Source of the DNA: Octopus vulgaris
Taxonomy: Eukaryota
Length of the DNA stretch: 64,000 nucleotides
NCBI GenBank assembly: GCA_951406725.2
Contig: OX597815.1
Location: 30,070,001 to 30,134,000 of the forward strand
Direction of reading: 5' to 3'
Numbering within the stretch: the first letter of the stretch is position 1; each line of letters opens with the position of its first letter. The position numbers and the translations under genes were made by a program. Positions 1 to 14,075 of this stretch are shown here, in pieces. The notes under the pieces are model-generated. The model was not told the origin of the DNA. It saw only the letters and a program-made list of their open reading frames with translations, and did not search any database.

Positions 1-7
1 AAAGTTA

Positions 8-64
<57 letters not shown>

Positions 65-71
65 ATGTATG

Positions 72-122
<51 letters not shown>
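1..122. repeat. (TCTG)n/(TCTA)n compound microsatellite
   Basis: Directly visible; forms the 5' flank of the Tx1-like LINE fragment. Confidence 0.95.
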
Positions 123-1309
<1,187 letters not shown>

Positions 1310-1324
1310 CCTGTCTGTCTGTCT

Positions 1325-1385
1325 AAAGCTCTACCTTGTATTTTGTTCTATCTGTGTGCAGCCCTGTGTGGCTAATAAAGAAACA

Positions 1386-1386
<1 letters not shown>
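1325..1386 (+). mobile_element. 62-bp second copy of the Tx1-like element's extreme 3' end
   Basis: Matches 1059-1120 with one mismatch (AAAGCTCTACCTTGTA.TTTGTTCTATCTGTGTGCAGCCCTGTGTGGCTAATAAAGAAACAT); flanked by TCTG/TCTA repeats. Confidence 0.85.
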
Positions 1387-1468
<82 letters not shown>

Positions 1469-2005
1469 TTCTCCGTCTGTCTGTATGTCTCCCTGCCTAC
1501 CTACCTACCTGCCTAGCTGTCTGTCAGTTTCTTAGTCTGCCTGTCTGCCTGTCTGTTAGCCTGCTTGTCTGTCTATCTGTTTGTCTGCCTGCCTGCCCTT
1601 CTGCCTCTCTTTCTCTCTTTCTCTCTATTTATTGTTTTTCTAATTTTCTTTCTTCATTCCTTCCTTCCACCCTTTCTTTCTTTTTTTCCTTTCTCTCTCT
1701 CTCTTTCTTCCATTCTTCTCTTTTCCCTTTCTCCATCCGTTTGCAGTGTTGTCTCTTATGATTTTACTTTATATCTTTAACAACTCCTATTTTCTCTCAC
1801 TCATTCAAAGATATGTTTATTGTTTCATTATTACATACGTTCATTCATTTGTATTTCGTTCGTAAATAAATTATTTCATTTATTATTACATTTACGTCCC
1901 TTCATTCTTCCATTCATCAATCCATATTCTCTCATTTTCGCACTTTCATATCTATCTACTTGCTCTCCCTCCCTCTCTCTCTCTCTCTCTCTCTATTTTT
2001 TAAAA

Positions 2006-2284
2006 TTTGTTTCAGTCATTTGACTGCGGCCATGCTGGAGCACCGCCTTTAGTCGAGCAAATCGAACCCGTGACTTATTCTTTGTAAGCCCAGTACTTAT
2101 TCTATCGGTTTCTTTTGCCGAACCGCTAAGTTACGGAGACGTAAACACACCAGCATCGGTTGTCAAGCAATGCTAGGGGGACAAACACAGACACACAAAC
2201 ACATACACACACATATATATATACATATATACGACAGGCTTCTTTCAGTTTCCGTCTACCAAATCCACTCACAAGGCATTGGTC
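2006..2284 (-). mobile_element. SINE family A, head-truncated
   Basis: Matches the body and tail of the full copies at 4049-4467 and 39940-40358. Confidence 0.85.
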
Positions 2285-2744
2285 ACACCGGGGCTTTCCC
2301 TTTCTTTTCCCCTTTTTCTCTTAAGGTCATACATTTTCTTTCCTTCTCTTTCCTCCTCATTTCCTTTGAATTTGAGTTATATTGATAAACAATCTGAATA
2401 AATTTCTAATTTTATTGACAAAAGACTCACCAGGTTTTGTCGAATGTCATGTACGTATGTGTTTTCTCTCTGTCAGTTCAAATAATCTTTCAGGATTTCG
2501 GTTTCAAATAGAGAGTCAACTAACCAAAATCCCCTTGCACATAATCGTATCGTCATCTAATGTGATCATTATAACAACCACCACTAATATCCCGCCAACA
2601 CGTCACTGCCACCTCAGCCACTACCACCGCCACCATAAGTACCACATCCAGTATCATCATTACCACCACTTCGGCCACAAACAACAACAACGATAACAAG
2701 ACTGCCGCCATCAAGAATGAACAAGATCAAAAGCTCAAAGGAAC

Positions 2745-2981
2745 GTCCCCGAGCCGGTTTCCCTCATAAACTCGGTTTCCCGGATTATGCGGCATACATA
2801 TTCCACGGCACCCACCACCGGACGGGACGCTGGTCTGTCTCAGGACTGCTCATTTTTGCTGACTGAGTAGACTAGAGCGACGTGTTCTTTGCTAAAAAAA
2901 CCAAAAAAACCCATTGCCAGGTTCAGGAATCGAAACCACTATCTTACGTTATTGAGTGCAATACTTTAACCACTAAGCTAC
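2745..2981 (-). mobile_element. SINE family C (tRNA-derived), diverged
   Basis: Minus strand reads TAGCTTAGTGGTTAAAG (A box) ... GGTTTCGATTCCT (B box); similar to 35655-35970 and 59268-59359. Confidence 0.6.
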
Positions 2982-3382
2982 ACCATAAAAAATATCGCCC
3001 ACCTAATACTACCATCACCGACACTCACTACAACCTCCACTGGACGAATGCCTGATACTCGGAAACAACATTATTCTTATTTACTTTTGTTATTGGCTTG
3101 AGCTATAGGGAATGCATCCATGATCATTTAAGGCACTCCGAAACCGACCCTCTTCTTCAGTTACAAGTGGGAAAAACAAGTAAAGGGAAGGAAATCCAGA
3201 GGGAAGATGATTTGGGAAATAAGGACTAAACGTTGTGCTTAGAGTGAGGCCAGGTAGGGGAGATGATGCAATATAAATGACAAAAGGAGAGAAGCAAGTG
3301 ATCCAGGAGTGTATGAGTGGAGATAGCAAGAAAGCAGTCAGCTTCAAGGTGCAGAGGCCTTAACAGGAACTATAGAAGAGGT

Positions 3383-3437
<55 letters not shown>

Positions 3438-3816
3438 CTAGCAGTATCGCCCGGCGTTGCTCGGGTTTGTAAGGGAAATAACTATATAAGCATTTTTAGA
3501 GATGTAAAGTATAATAGCCATCTCAATATGGCTAACCACAAAGGGGAGGTGTTACTGTAGCTTTTTACGTTCTGAGATTTAATTATAAAGTTTTAGAGAG
3601 TTACTTCCCTTATATATGCCAAAAATGCATTAAAAATGGGAAGAATTGATGGTAATTTTTTTTTTAAATCGTAGACTCATCGTAGACACGCACTAATACC
3701 CAGAAGGGCTCTATATGAAACACGACTATAAGATACCCGGTTTTGGTTAAACTGCACCGAAAAATGTGGGAGTAGCTAGGAATCTAAATCGTAGGAGACA
3801 GACAGCACACAAGCTC

Positions 3817-3863
<47 letters not shown>
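3438..3863 (-). mobile_element. Non-autonomous Helitron
   Basis: Minus strand starts TCTATATATA...AAAA and ends with the hairpin CCCG-AGCAACGC-CGGG about 10 nt before the terminal CTAG followed by T. These are canonical Helitron termini; no TIR. Sits inside a (GA)n tract. Confidence 0.8.
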
Positions 3864-3898
<35 letters not shown>

Positions 3899-4048
3899 TC
3901 TTTGGGACTGAGACTCGAATATGTTGGTGAGTGACACTTCATACTAATAAGTGCTCCGCAACACCTTTGGATGTATATGAGTGTGATATCAACCCAATGC
4001 GAGTGAAGTGCGCCACCGTGGTTCTCATCGGATCTTTGAAGAATTAGT

Positions 4049-4467
4049 TACTCTTTTACTCTTTTACTTGTTTCAGTCATTTGACTGTGGCCATACTGGA
4101 GCACCACCTTTAATCGAGCAAATCGACCCCAGGACTTATTCTTTGTAAGCCTAGTACTTATTCTATCGGTCTCTTTTGCTGAAACGCTAGGTTACGGGGA
4201 CGTAAACACACCAGCATCGGTTGTCAAGCGGTGTTGGGGGAGGACAAATACAGACACACAAACATACTCACACACACACAAACACACATATATATACACA
4301 CACACATACGACGGGCTTCTTTCAGTTTCCGTCTACCAAATCCACTCACAAGACTTTGGTCGGCCCGAGGCTATAGTAGAAGACACTTGTCCAAGGTGCC
4401 ACGCAGTGGGACTGAACCCAGAACCATGTGGTTGGTAAGCAAGCTACTTAACACACAGCCACTCCTA
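4049..4467 (-). mobile_element. SINE family A, full length (about 420 bp)
   Basis: tRNA-like head (TGGCTGTGTT.. A box, GGTTCAGTCCC B box), CCTTGG(G)CAAG motif, internal (TG)/(TA) tract and (GTAAAAGA)n tail; more than 10 copies in the window. Confidence 0.9.
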
Positions 4468-4855
4468 TTGATGAAGGCTGAATTATTTTCTGGCCAGTCA
4501 TTGTGATGCAGGCTGTGCTATTTTGAGGATGTGTGTTCCACCTGTTTGTTGTTGATGTTTAAGGTGGGTAAGTGTGACAATATTTTCTTGATGTGTAGTA
4601 ATTGTGTAATTTTACTGTTATAGGTGATAAAATTGCTCTGACTCAAACGCTGGATGTTTGCGAAGTTTCTCTTCGTGAACTTTATGTAAATATACTGTGA
4701 AGTGTTTGGAGTGTGGAATGTTGAGGAGAAATGGACGCTGTATTGATTGCAGAGAAATTGATATTGTTGGAGCAGACGGTAATTCGCTTGCTGATGTACA
4801 GAATAACCTTAGTTCTTCAGAAGACTCCGTTAGCATAATAACATATGATCCTTAA

Positions 4856-5445
4856 GGCGGCGAGCTGGCAGAAACGTTAGCACGCCGAGCGAAATACGTT
4901 GCCGTATTTCGTCTGCCGTTACGTTCTGAGTTCAAATTCCGCCGAGGTCGACTTTGCCTTTCATCCTTTCGGGGTCGATAAATTAAGTAACAGTTACGCA
5001 CTGGGGTCGATATAATCGACATAATCCGTCTGTCTGTCCTTGTTTGTCTCCTCTATGTTTAGCCCCTTGTGGGTAGTAAAGAAATAAGTATTTCGTGTGC
5101 CGTTACGTTCTGAGTTCATATTCCGCCGGGGTCGACTTTGCGTTTCATCCTTTCGGGGTCGATAAATAAAGCACCAGTTATGCACTGGGGTCGATGTAAT
5201 CGACTTAATCCGTTTGTCTGTCCTCGTATGTCTCCTCTGTGTTTAGCCCCTTGTGGGCAATAAAGAAATAAGAAATAGGTATTTTGTCCGTCTTTACTAT
5301 CTGAGTTCAAATTGCACGGAACCCGATATTGCCTTTCATTCTTTCGAGGATAAAATAAGTAACAGTTTCGCACTGAGATCGATGTAATCGACCAGCAACT
5401 CCCTCCTCCAAGATTTAACGCCTTGTTCCTATAGCAGAAAGGAAT
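4856..5445 (+). mobile_element. SINE family B tandem array (head, two young units and one old diverged unit)
   Basis: Head GGCGGCGAGCTGGCAGAA; units restart at GTATTT at 4904, 5088 and 5279; Deu/Nin-like core GCCTTTCATCCTTTCGGGGTCGATAAA. Confidence 0.9.
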
Positions 5446-6526
5446 ATTAACGCATAATCCGCGAGGAAGTATTGTTAATACTGTACCGAAACACGGGGGA
5501 TCCTGTATATGGGTATCCGATTCCTTAGAAATAGCTGTCAGGTCTCTTTCAAACTAAATCTTACTATATTAAATGGGACAAGAGCATATTAGGTCCTGTA
5601 GTCAAACATACCCCTAAAAACTTGTTAGGCACGGCTGTAATGCTTTTGTTCACGGAGTCGTACAATCCAGATTAATCTTGAGACAATCGACAGAAAAAGA
5701 ATCTAATATATTATCCTAGTGCTTCTCAAGTCGTGTTTCGAGAAACCATAGTGTTCCATCAAAACATTCTTGTGCTCCACGAAATAAGGTGTATTTTAGT
5801 AAAACTTTATAAAAATATGCTTTAGAAAACAAATGCTATTTGCCATTTTCAAAACGATGTTATAAATATTCTTTTTTTTACTGATACATTTTGTTTGTTT
5901 AATATCTTATTAAAATTAAAGGGGTGTGGTTTGTCTAGAAAACATAGGAGTGGGTCTCGCGAATTCGAAAAAAATCTATCGGTTCAGCAACAAAACAAGT
6001 ATGTGAATCTGTCTAATCTTTTGGGCCTCTTCTCAACTAATTAACGCGTAGCCAAGCCTTAACTATAGAAGTACTAATCATATGTATGTACTTGTCAAAG
6101 TGTCCAACTATTTCTTTCATGACCTATCGATCTTCTTATTCATAAAGTCGAGATTTTCAGCATTTCATAATCTCCTTACATAGTCATCCTACCCACCTAC
6201 CTACCTACTTCTATACATTCTGTCCTATCTACTTAAATGTCTTCACACCTTCCTCCTTAATTGTCTTTGTATGGCAACGTACCCATCAAAATTATCAACG
6301 ATCTGCAAGAAATACCAGCTGCCAAATCTCTCTCAGAAAGGACAGATGGACTTTGGTGCTCCTTTCTGCACTGTACCATGTCGTGCTGGTCACAGACAGA
6401 ATATTCCTGATCATAGGTCTGCTGGACTAGAAGTAACCTGGGGTTAAATTATAATTAGTACAGACAAAATGTATAAATGTCATTTAGTCATTTATACATG
6501 CATGAATTCCATTCATCTTCAGACAA

Positions 6527-6820
6527 GCCTACCTACCTGCCTGCCTACTTACCTACCTACCTACCTACCTACCTACCTACCTACCTACCTACCTACCTAC
6601 CTACCTACCTACCTACCTACATACCTACCTACCAACCTACCTACCTACCTACCTACCTACCTACCTACCTACCTACCTAACTAACTAACTACCTACCTAC
6701 CTACCTACATACCTACCTACCTACCTACCTACCTACCTACCTACCTACCTACCTACCTATCTACCTACCTACCTACCTACCAACCTACCTACCTACCTAC
6801 CTACATACTTACCTACATAC
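6527..6820. repeat. (CCTA)n microsatellite
   Basis: Directly visible; source of the spurious 'LPTY' ORFs. Confidence 0.95.
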
Positions 6821-6865
6821 CCCTTCATCTCTCTATTTACTGTCTTAACCTAGTTGATAATTGCT

Positions 6866-6916
<51 letters not shown>

Positions 6917-6949
6917 GTCTATCTGTCTGTCTGTTTGTCTGTCTGTCTA

Positions 6950-6973
<24 letters not shown>

Positions 6974-6984
<11 letters not shown>

Positions 6985-7126
6985 TTATCTCTTCAGGTGT
7001 ACAAACGCATACAAATACTGGAACACAGATGCATACACACACACACACTTGCATGTCTATGGGCAAGTGTGTGTGTGTATGCATCTGTGTTCCAGTATTT
7101 GTATGCGTTTGTACACCTGAAGAGAT

Positions 7127-7140
<14 letters not shown>
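6974..7140. repeat. Near-perfect inverted repeat (about 78-bp arms, about 10-nt loop)
   Basis: CTCTTTATCTCTTCAGGTGTACAAACGCATACAAATACTGGAACACAGATGCAT(AC)nTTGC, then ATGTCTATGG, then the exact reverse complement apart from one CA unit. Confidence 0.95.
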
Positions 7141-7169
<29 letters not shown>

Positions 7170-7308
7170 TATGTGTGTGTATGTGTGTGTGGGTGGGTGT
7201 ATAAATTCATATATGCACAGAGAACCATGCACATACATAAGATAATCGTTATCATCAAATCTGCCTGTCAGTTTGTTTTCATATTTATCTATCTATCTAT
7301 CAATCTAC

Positions 7309-7362
<54 letters not shown>

Positions 7363-7380
7363 GCCAGTCTATCTATCTAC

Positions 7381-7426
<46 letters not shown>

Positions 7427-8077
7427 GATGCCTGTACGCATCAACTTACCACCAACTTACTGATCTCCCCCCACCTGTCTACATACTTCAACGAAGCCGC
7501 TGCAGAAGTTCCCAGCTCAACTACTAGTTACAAGTGAAATACAATCTTCAACACCGTCCTTCGTTCATTCTAAAGTAAATCACACTTGATAAAGTTGCAA
7601 TCTATTCTACAGAGGCATTCTGCCGATTAATATTGCAATATTCGCTTCATTTATTCCACAATTTCTGAAATGCACAGAATATACCTAACAGATTATATAA
7701 AACACGAGAATTTTTGTTCATTTCTGCTTTTTTTTTATCTTCTTCTTCTTCTGAGAATTGCACTCTTGGCATCATAGCTGCCGCCATCTTTTGCTTGTAC
7801 GAAACCATAATTATTGAAGTGAGAATTTAGTCTCTTCTCTCTGTCTATCTTTTTCTCCCTGTCCCCCCCACACACTCTCTCTCTCTCGCTCTCCCTCTCT
7901 CTCTCTATTTAGACGTAGAAACACACAGAAAGTCACAGACATACACATATGCACACACACACACACACACACACACATTTGCACATAGACACGCATACAC
8001 CCACATGTATACACACACAAACACGCACGCAGGCGTACGTATGCATATATATGTGTGTGCGTGTCTGTGTGTTTTTG

Positions 8078-8127
<50 letters not shown>

Positions 8128-9298
8128 ATATATGTATGTATATGAAATTAATTCATTAATTGTATAGCAAGTTTCAGTTTCAAATGATAGCCGTGCTCCC
8201 ACAGAAATACTGCGGCATGAATTCTACAAGCATATCAGAAAGACATACTGATGCTCGGATAATACGGCTTTAACTGTACAGGTTCAAAGAGGGGTGGTTC
8301 AGCGATCGAACACTTCCAGTAACATGTCTTCAGTCTGTCACTCTCATACCATGTATATTTATGATTCAATGCGCGATTCATCGAGGGAGCCTGTGTGTGT
8401 CATCACTCGACCAGTCAAATTACCATCAATCCTAATTTTTTATTACATTAAATAAAAAAAAGGGATGCTGGACTATGTAGTCCTAAATATACAAATGGAC
8501 GAGATGCTCACGGCTAGAAAGCCTTCGACCATAGCTATATTCTATTATGGTTGAACTTATACTAAACGTTGACGATGAAAATAACGTTTCGGGATTATAA
8601 CGAACAGGAGAGAATGTATTACTGGCGAGGGTACCGTTCACTGATATGTAACATTAATAGCAATTATAACCTCAGCAGTAAATATCTACAAAATTCTGAG
8701 CAATATCCAGAACATTAATATTTATGTTTTTGTATTGTATTATTTAAGATAGGCTACAGAGTCAATGCCCTTGACATTTGAGACTCAACTCCTACTGATT
8801 GTTACAGCGATCCGATACGGTTGATAACCATTTAAAACAATTACAGAGAAGGGGAAATGCAAGGTTTTGAATAATTCAGAGAGATGTTTTCGGTTAGGGA
8901 TTAATTATTTAGTAATTGTTTAACATTGCTAAATAATAGATATGATAGACGAATAACAGTGGTAGTCATGAAATATAGGAGATGTGGGTTTCTAAGAAGA
9001 GCTTATGGGGGAGAAGTTGTTCAGTTAACTTAGAAAAGTAGAAACTGTTATAGGTGTGGTTGAAGAGAAAGAAATACGAAACAATGTGTCTCCGTGTTAG
9101 TGAGTTGCTGAAAAGGTGCAGATCAGCCTTGATCGAGTAGAAGTGTGATCAAAAGCATTCTAATAATGAATTCTCGTCTTTTGGTTTGGATTTGCTTCCT
9201 TACTTAAGATGTACTTTAGGTTGCTATTCATAAAATTTCTGTCGGGTGTAAGGCAGGATTTGCGTGTTAGTGAAACAATATTTAACAACATTTAATAA

Positions 9299-9466
9299 AG
9301 GCGTAGGCGTGACTATGTGGTGAGAAGTTTGCTTTTCAACCACATGGTTCCGGGTTCAGTCCCACTGCATGAGAGTAGGCGCAAGCGTCTTCTAATATAG
9401 ACCCTGGTCTACCAAAGCCTTGTGAATAGATTTGATAGACGGAAATTGAAATTCGTCACACACACA

Positions 9467-9510
<44 letters not shown>

Positions 9511-9725
9511 TATATGTGTGTGTGTTTGTTTGTTTGTTTGTTCGGCCTTACCGCTTGACAACCGTGGTTGGTTTGTTTACGTCCCTGAAATTTATCAGTT
9601 CAGCATAAGAAACCGATGGAATATGTACCATAATCAAAAAACAAGTTATGGGGTCGATTTATTTGACTAAAATCCTTCAAGGCGGTGCTGCAACATAGTC
9701 GCAGTCCAATAACTGAAACAAGTAC
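9299..9725 (+). mobile_element. SINE family A, older diverged copy
   Basis: Head GGTTCCGGGTTCAGTCCCACTG and tail AAGGCGGTGCTGCAACAT...ACTGAAACAAGTA. Confidence 0.8.
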
Positions 9726-9992
9726 CAAAAAAAAAAAAAAAAAAAAGAGATCTGGATTCATGTCTTCGGGATGCAGTCATGAATGTGTCTGTGTGTCGTA
9801 GCAGTATCTTCCTACTTGAGTTTATAACAGAGTCAGCAACTAATAATAACTGGTGTACTTTTAAAGAAACACCCTAGTGTATTTTAGAGGCTGACTTGAC
9901 AATATTAAACAAGTGTGTCACAATAAGAAAGGTCATGCTGTCTAGTATGTTGGAGTTTTTAATCGTGTATGTATTCATATATAGGCATATAT

Positions 9993-10152
9993 AGGCGTAG
10001 GAGTGGTTTTATGGTAAGTAGCTTGCTTACAAACCACATGGTTCCGGGTTCAGTCCCACTGCGTGGCACGTTGGGCAAGTATCTTCTACTATAGCTTCGG
10101 GCTGACCAAAGCCTTGTGAGTGGATTTGGTAGACGGAAACTCTACCGTCGTA

Positions 10153-10214
<62 letters not shown>

Positions 10215-10403
10215 CATATGTAAAAGTAAAAAAAATATACAAACTTGGACAAGAAACAATTAGAAGACGACACAAAAACACGGACGGTACATTCGAAGCC
10301 TTCAATCTTCAGTCAAGAACCGGATCATCTTCGCAATTTCGGCTGATTAATCTTGAGATTGCTCCGACCTGGGCTGCCCCAAAGGAAAATCTAAGCCAAG
10401 CGC

Positions 10404-10437
<34 letters not shown>

Positions 10438-10675
10438 GCGTGTGTGTATATGTTTGTGTGTCTGTGTTTGTCCCCCCCCCCACAACATCGTTGACAACCG
10501 ATGCTGGTGTGTTTACGTCCCCGTAACTTAGCGGTTCGGCTAAAGAGACCGATAGAATAAGTACTAGGCTTCGAAAGAATAAGTCCTGGGGTCGATTTGC
10601 TTGACTAAAGATGGTGCTCCAGCATAGCCAGAGTCATGACTGAAACAAGTAAAAGAGATAAAAGAGAAAAGAGAT
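9993..10675 (+). mobile_element. SINE family A with a roughly 200-bp insert (10215-10410) in its internal (TA)n tract
   Basis: Head at 9993-10150 and tail at 10440-10675 match the family; the intervening sequence is unrelated and bounded by (TA)n. Confidence 0.85.
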
Positions 10676-10745
10676 AGAATATATCAGTGACGTCCGATGT
10701 AAAAGTCGCTGGATTGAACGTCACTGATATATTGTATCTCTTTTC

Positions 10746-11131
10746 TGTGGCCATGCTGGAGCACCATCTTTAATCGCGCAAATCGACCCCAGGACTTATT
10801 CTTTGGAAGCCTAGTATTTATTCTATCGGTCTCTTTAGTCGAACCACTAAGTTACGGGAACGTAAACACACTAGCATCGGTTGTCAAACGATGTTGGGGA
10901 GGGGGACAAACACAGACACACAAACATATACACACACATACACACAAAAATATATATATACATATATACGACGAGCTTCTTTCAGTTTCCGCCTACCAAA
11001 TCCACTCATAAGGCTTTGGTCGGCCCGAGGCTATAGTAGAAGACACTTGCTCAAGGTGCCACGCAGTGGGACCGAACCCGGAACCATGTGGTTCGTAAGC
11101 AAGCTACTTACCACACAGCCACTCCTATGCC
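10746..11131 (-). mobile_element. SINE family A, inverted relative to the previous copy
   Basis: Near full-length reverse-complement match. Confidence 0.9.
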
Positions 11132-12199
11132 TATATGGACAAAATCCTGGAAGTGTTAATACTATCTAGTTACCTTTTCTGTATCTAATATAAAATAAAT
11201 ATTAATCCCCTTTTAGATAGCTTTTATCGAAAAAAAAGGGCCATCCTTTATAGAAATGTCGCAACTTTGGCTTGTAGTTTCCCCCGTTTTACTATCTGTT
11301 TATAACTTTTAGTTTGACCGAAGTCCATCTGTATATCCTTTTATAATGTTCCGAGCAGTTGATCGGTAATTCTTCCCCATATGAGTAGGTTTACTTATAC
11401 CATTCAACTGGGTATATCTATGCCCCACCATATGTACTAATGTATGGATGCCTGTATAAATTTATGGATGGACGTATGATTGTATATACGTATGTACCGC
11501 TCTCCCTCTGTCTATGCGCCTCTCTATATCTGTTTACCTAACTGTGCATTTATCTATCGGTCGCTGTATGATTGTGTGCAGGAATGTATGTATGTGTGTA
11601 TGTGTATGTATAAGCATGTGTGTATTTGTGTATGTGTATGTGTATGTATGCGTGTATTTCAGCATGCTGTGTTACCAGATCTCACAATAAACATATTGAT
11701 TGGCCTGAGAAACCTGATGTCAACGGTCAGAAAATTTAATCTCTTCTGATAACCAGCGAGATAGCAGACGTACAATTATTCTCATGAATTTGAATTACAA
11801 TAATTAAATAACAACATTTAAAACTGCTACCACAACAAAATCATACAGATGAGATGATAAGATCGGGGAAAGTCTTCAAATATCAATGGATTTAGAAAGA
11901 TCTACTCTTGCAAAAATAAAATGCAAAGGAGTAAGGACAAATTACAGAAAGACTTTAGCAATAAATACATAACAAAAAAAAATAAAATGTTAACGTAGTA
12001 ATGTTGGCGGTCACGTGTCAAGAAACCTCAATGTATATATATTCTCACGTAAATAACAACACACAGCCACACTCAAACATACACGCAGAAAGAAAGATGC
12101 GTATGTTTGTTGCCATATGTATACGTACATAGTGTATCTCTGTGTGTGTGAGTGTGTTTGTGTGTTGGTGTGCGTGTGTGCGCGAGTGTCTGCATATGT

Positions 12200-12260
12200 G
12201 CTTCAGCATATACAATATACACATATAAAAACACACACAAATGTTTATATAAAAACATAT

Positions 12261-12344
<84 letters not shown>

Positions 12345-12567
12345 TACATATATACATATACATATATATACATATATATACATATATACATATATATATA
12401 CACACACATATAATATATATATATGTACATATATACATACACAAATACATACATACATGTTATATATATATATGTGTGTGTATGTGTGTGTGTATGCACA
12501 CACACAGTACTTCAGCATATACAATATATACGTATAAAAATACACATAAATGTTTAAATAAAAACAT

Positions 12568-12603
<36 letters not shown>

Positions 12604-12648
12604 CACCATTACATATATATATATATACAAAAATACATACATACATGT

Positions 12649-12693
<45 letters not shown>

Positions 12694-12730
12694 CTGTGTC
12701 TGTGTGTATGTGTGTGTGTGTATGTGTGCC
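12200..12730. repeat. Local tandem duplication embedded in (TA)/(TG) tracts
   Basis: CTTCAGCATATACAATATA...AAATGTTTA..TAAAAACAT..TGCATATA...AAATACATACATACATGTTATA occurs at about 12201 and about 12510. Confidence 0.75.
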
Positions 12731-13231
12731 TGAGTGTATATATTTGTATATATGTATGTACGAATGAATGAACGAATCAACTAGTAAAATTTTCAACATA
12801 ATATAATATTGGACGTAGCAAGAACCAATTTAAGACACTCATACATATCTTATCTTATAATGCAATGAAACGACAACGAAGCCGCAATGGTTAAAAGACT
12901 TATGAGCTGTAGCTTAGATTGAATCATAATCAGTAATTCGAGCGCTAATTGAAGAAAAATGTGGAACTTATGGAGAATATTGATTAAATTAAGGATTTAT
13001 GTCTACCGAGATTTTATATTTGATATAAAAAGGAGTCATTAAATTTTGTCTGATTACGATTAAATGTATTCTCTGTATCTGTTCGACTGTCGATTTTGAA
13101 ACAAATCATATCTGTGGATCTGTATGTACATGTGAATGTCTGAATGCTGTTTGTGTTGTCTTATGCATTATATATATATATGTATACGTCTGTGTGTATC
13201 TTGGTAATATATTAATGTATGCATACTTGGT

Positions 13232-13290
<59 letters not shown>

Positions 13291-13518
13291 GCATGTATAA
13301 ATATGTTTGTGTGTGTATATATGTATAATAGTAAGAGTGTATAGCGCGCTATGGTTGTTGTATGTATTTCTGGTTGTAATTAAGTTTGTATATGAAATTA
13401 TATTTGAAGTATAAGAATCACGGGTGTTTTTGTATGCTTAGACACGTACACTCATACACAGCACACAAACACAAACGCACGCACACAGACAGACACACAC
13501 ACACACACACTCATATAC

Positions 13519-13554
<36 letters not shown>

Positions 13555-13656
13555 GAATGTATATGTAAGTCTATATATAATTATGTGTGTCTATGTGTGT
13601 GCATCTTGTGTGTTGTGTAACTATGTATTTATGCAAGCTTGTAACAGTATTAATAT

Positions 13657-13709
<53 letters not shown>

Positions 13710-13746
13710 CATACACAAACATATACATATTTTATACAATAGAGTA

Positions 13747-13951
13747 TCTCTTTTACTTGTTTCAGTCATTTGAATCTGGCCATGCTGGAGCACCGCCTTT
13801 AGTCGAACAAATCGTCCCCAGGACTTATTCTTTGTAAGCCCACTACTTATTCTATCGGTCTCTTTTGCCGAAACGCTATGTTACGGGGACGTAAACACAC
13901 TAGCATCGGTTGTCAAGCGATGTAGGAGACAAACATAGACACACAAACATA

Positions 13952-13997
<46 letters not shown>

Positions 13998-14061
13998 TAC
14001 ATACATACATACATATATACAACGGGCTTCTTTCAGTTTACCAAGTCTCCTCACAAGGCTT
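13747..14061 (-). mobile_element. SINE family A body and tail; its head fragment lies at 15817-15851
   Basis: Family match ends at ...CACAAGGCTT (14061) and resumes at 15817-15851 (TACTTACCACACAGCCACTCCT). Confidence 0.8.
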
Positions 14062-14075
14062 TCTACCTCTCCGCC

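Noticed and set aside
4480-4850. Possible old LINE RT relic on the minus strand (LPTLNINNKQVEH)
   Set aside because: One short weak motif with stops in all frames; insufficient support.
10280-10320. Minus-strand CTGAAGA...GAAT hammerhead-like motif (a similar one lies at 3135-3165)
   Set aside because: Core and stems are too degenerate to call; at most decayed Penelope-like termini.
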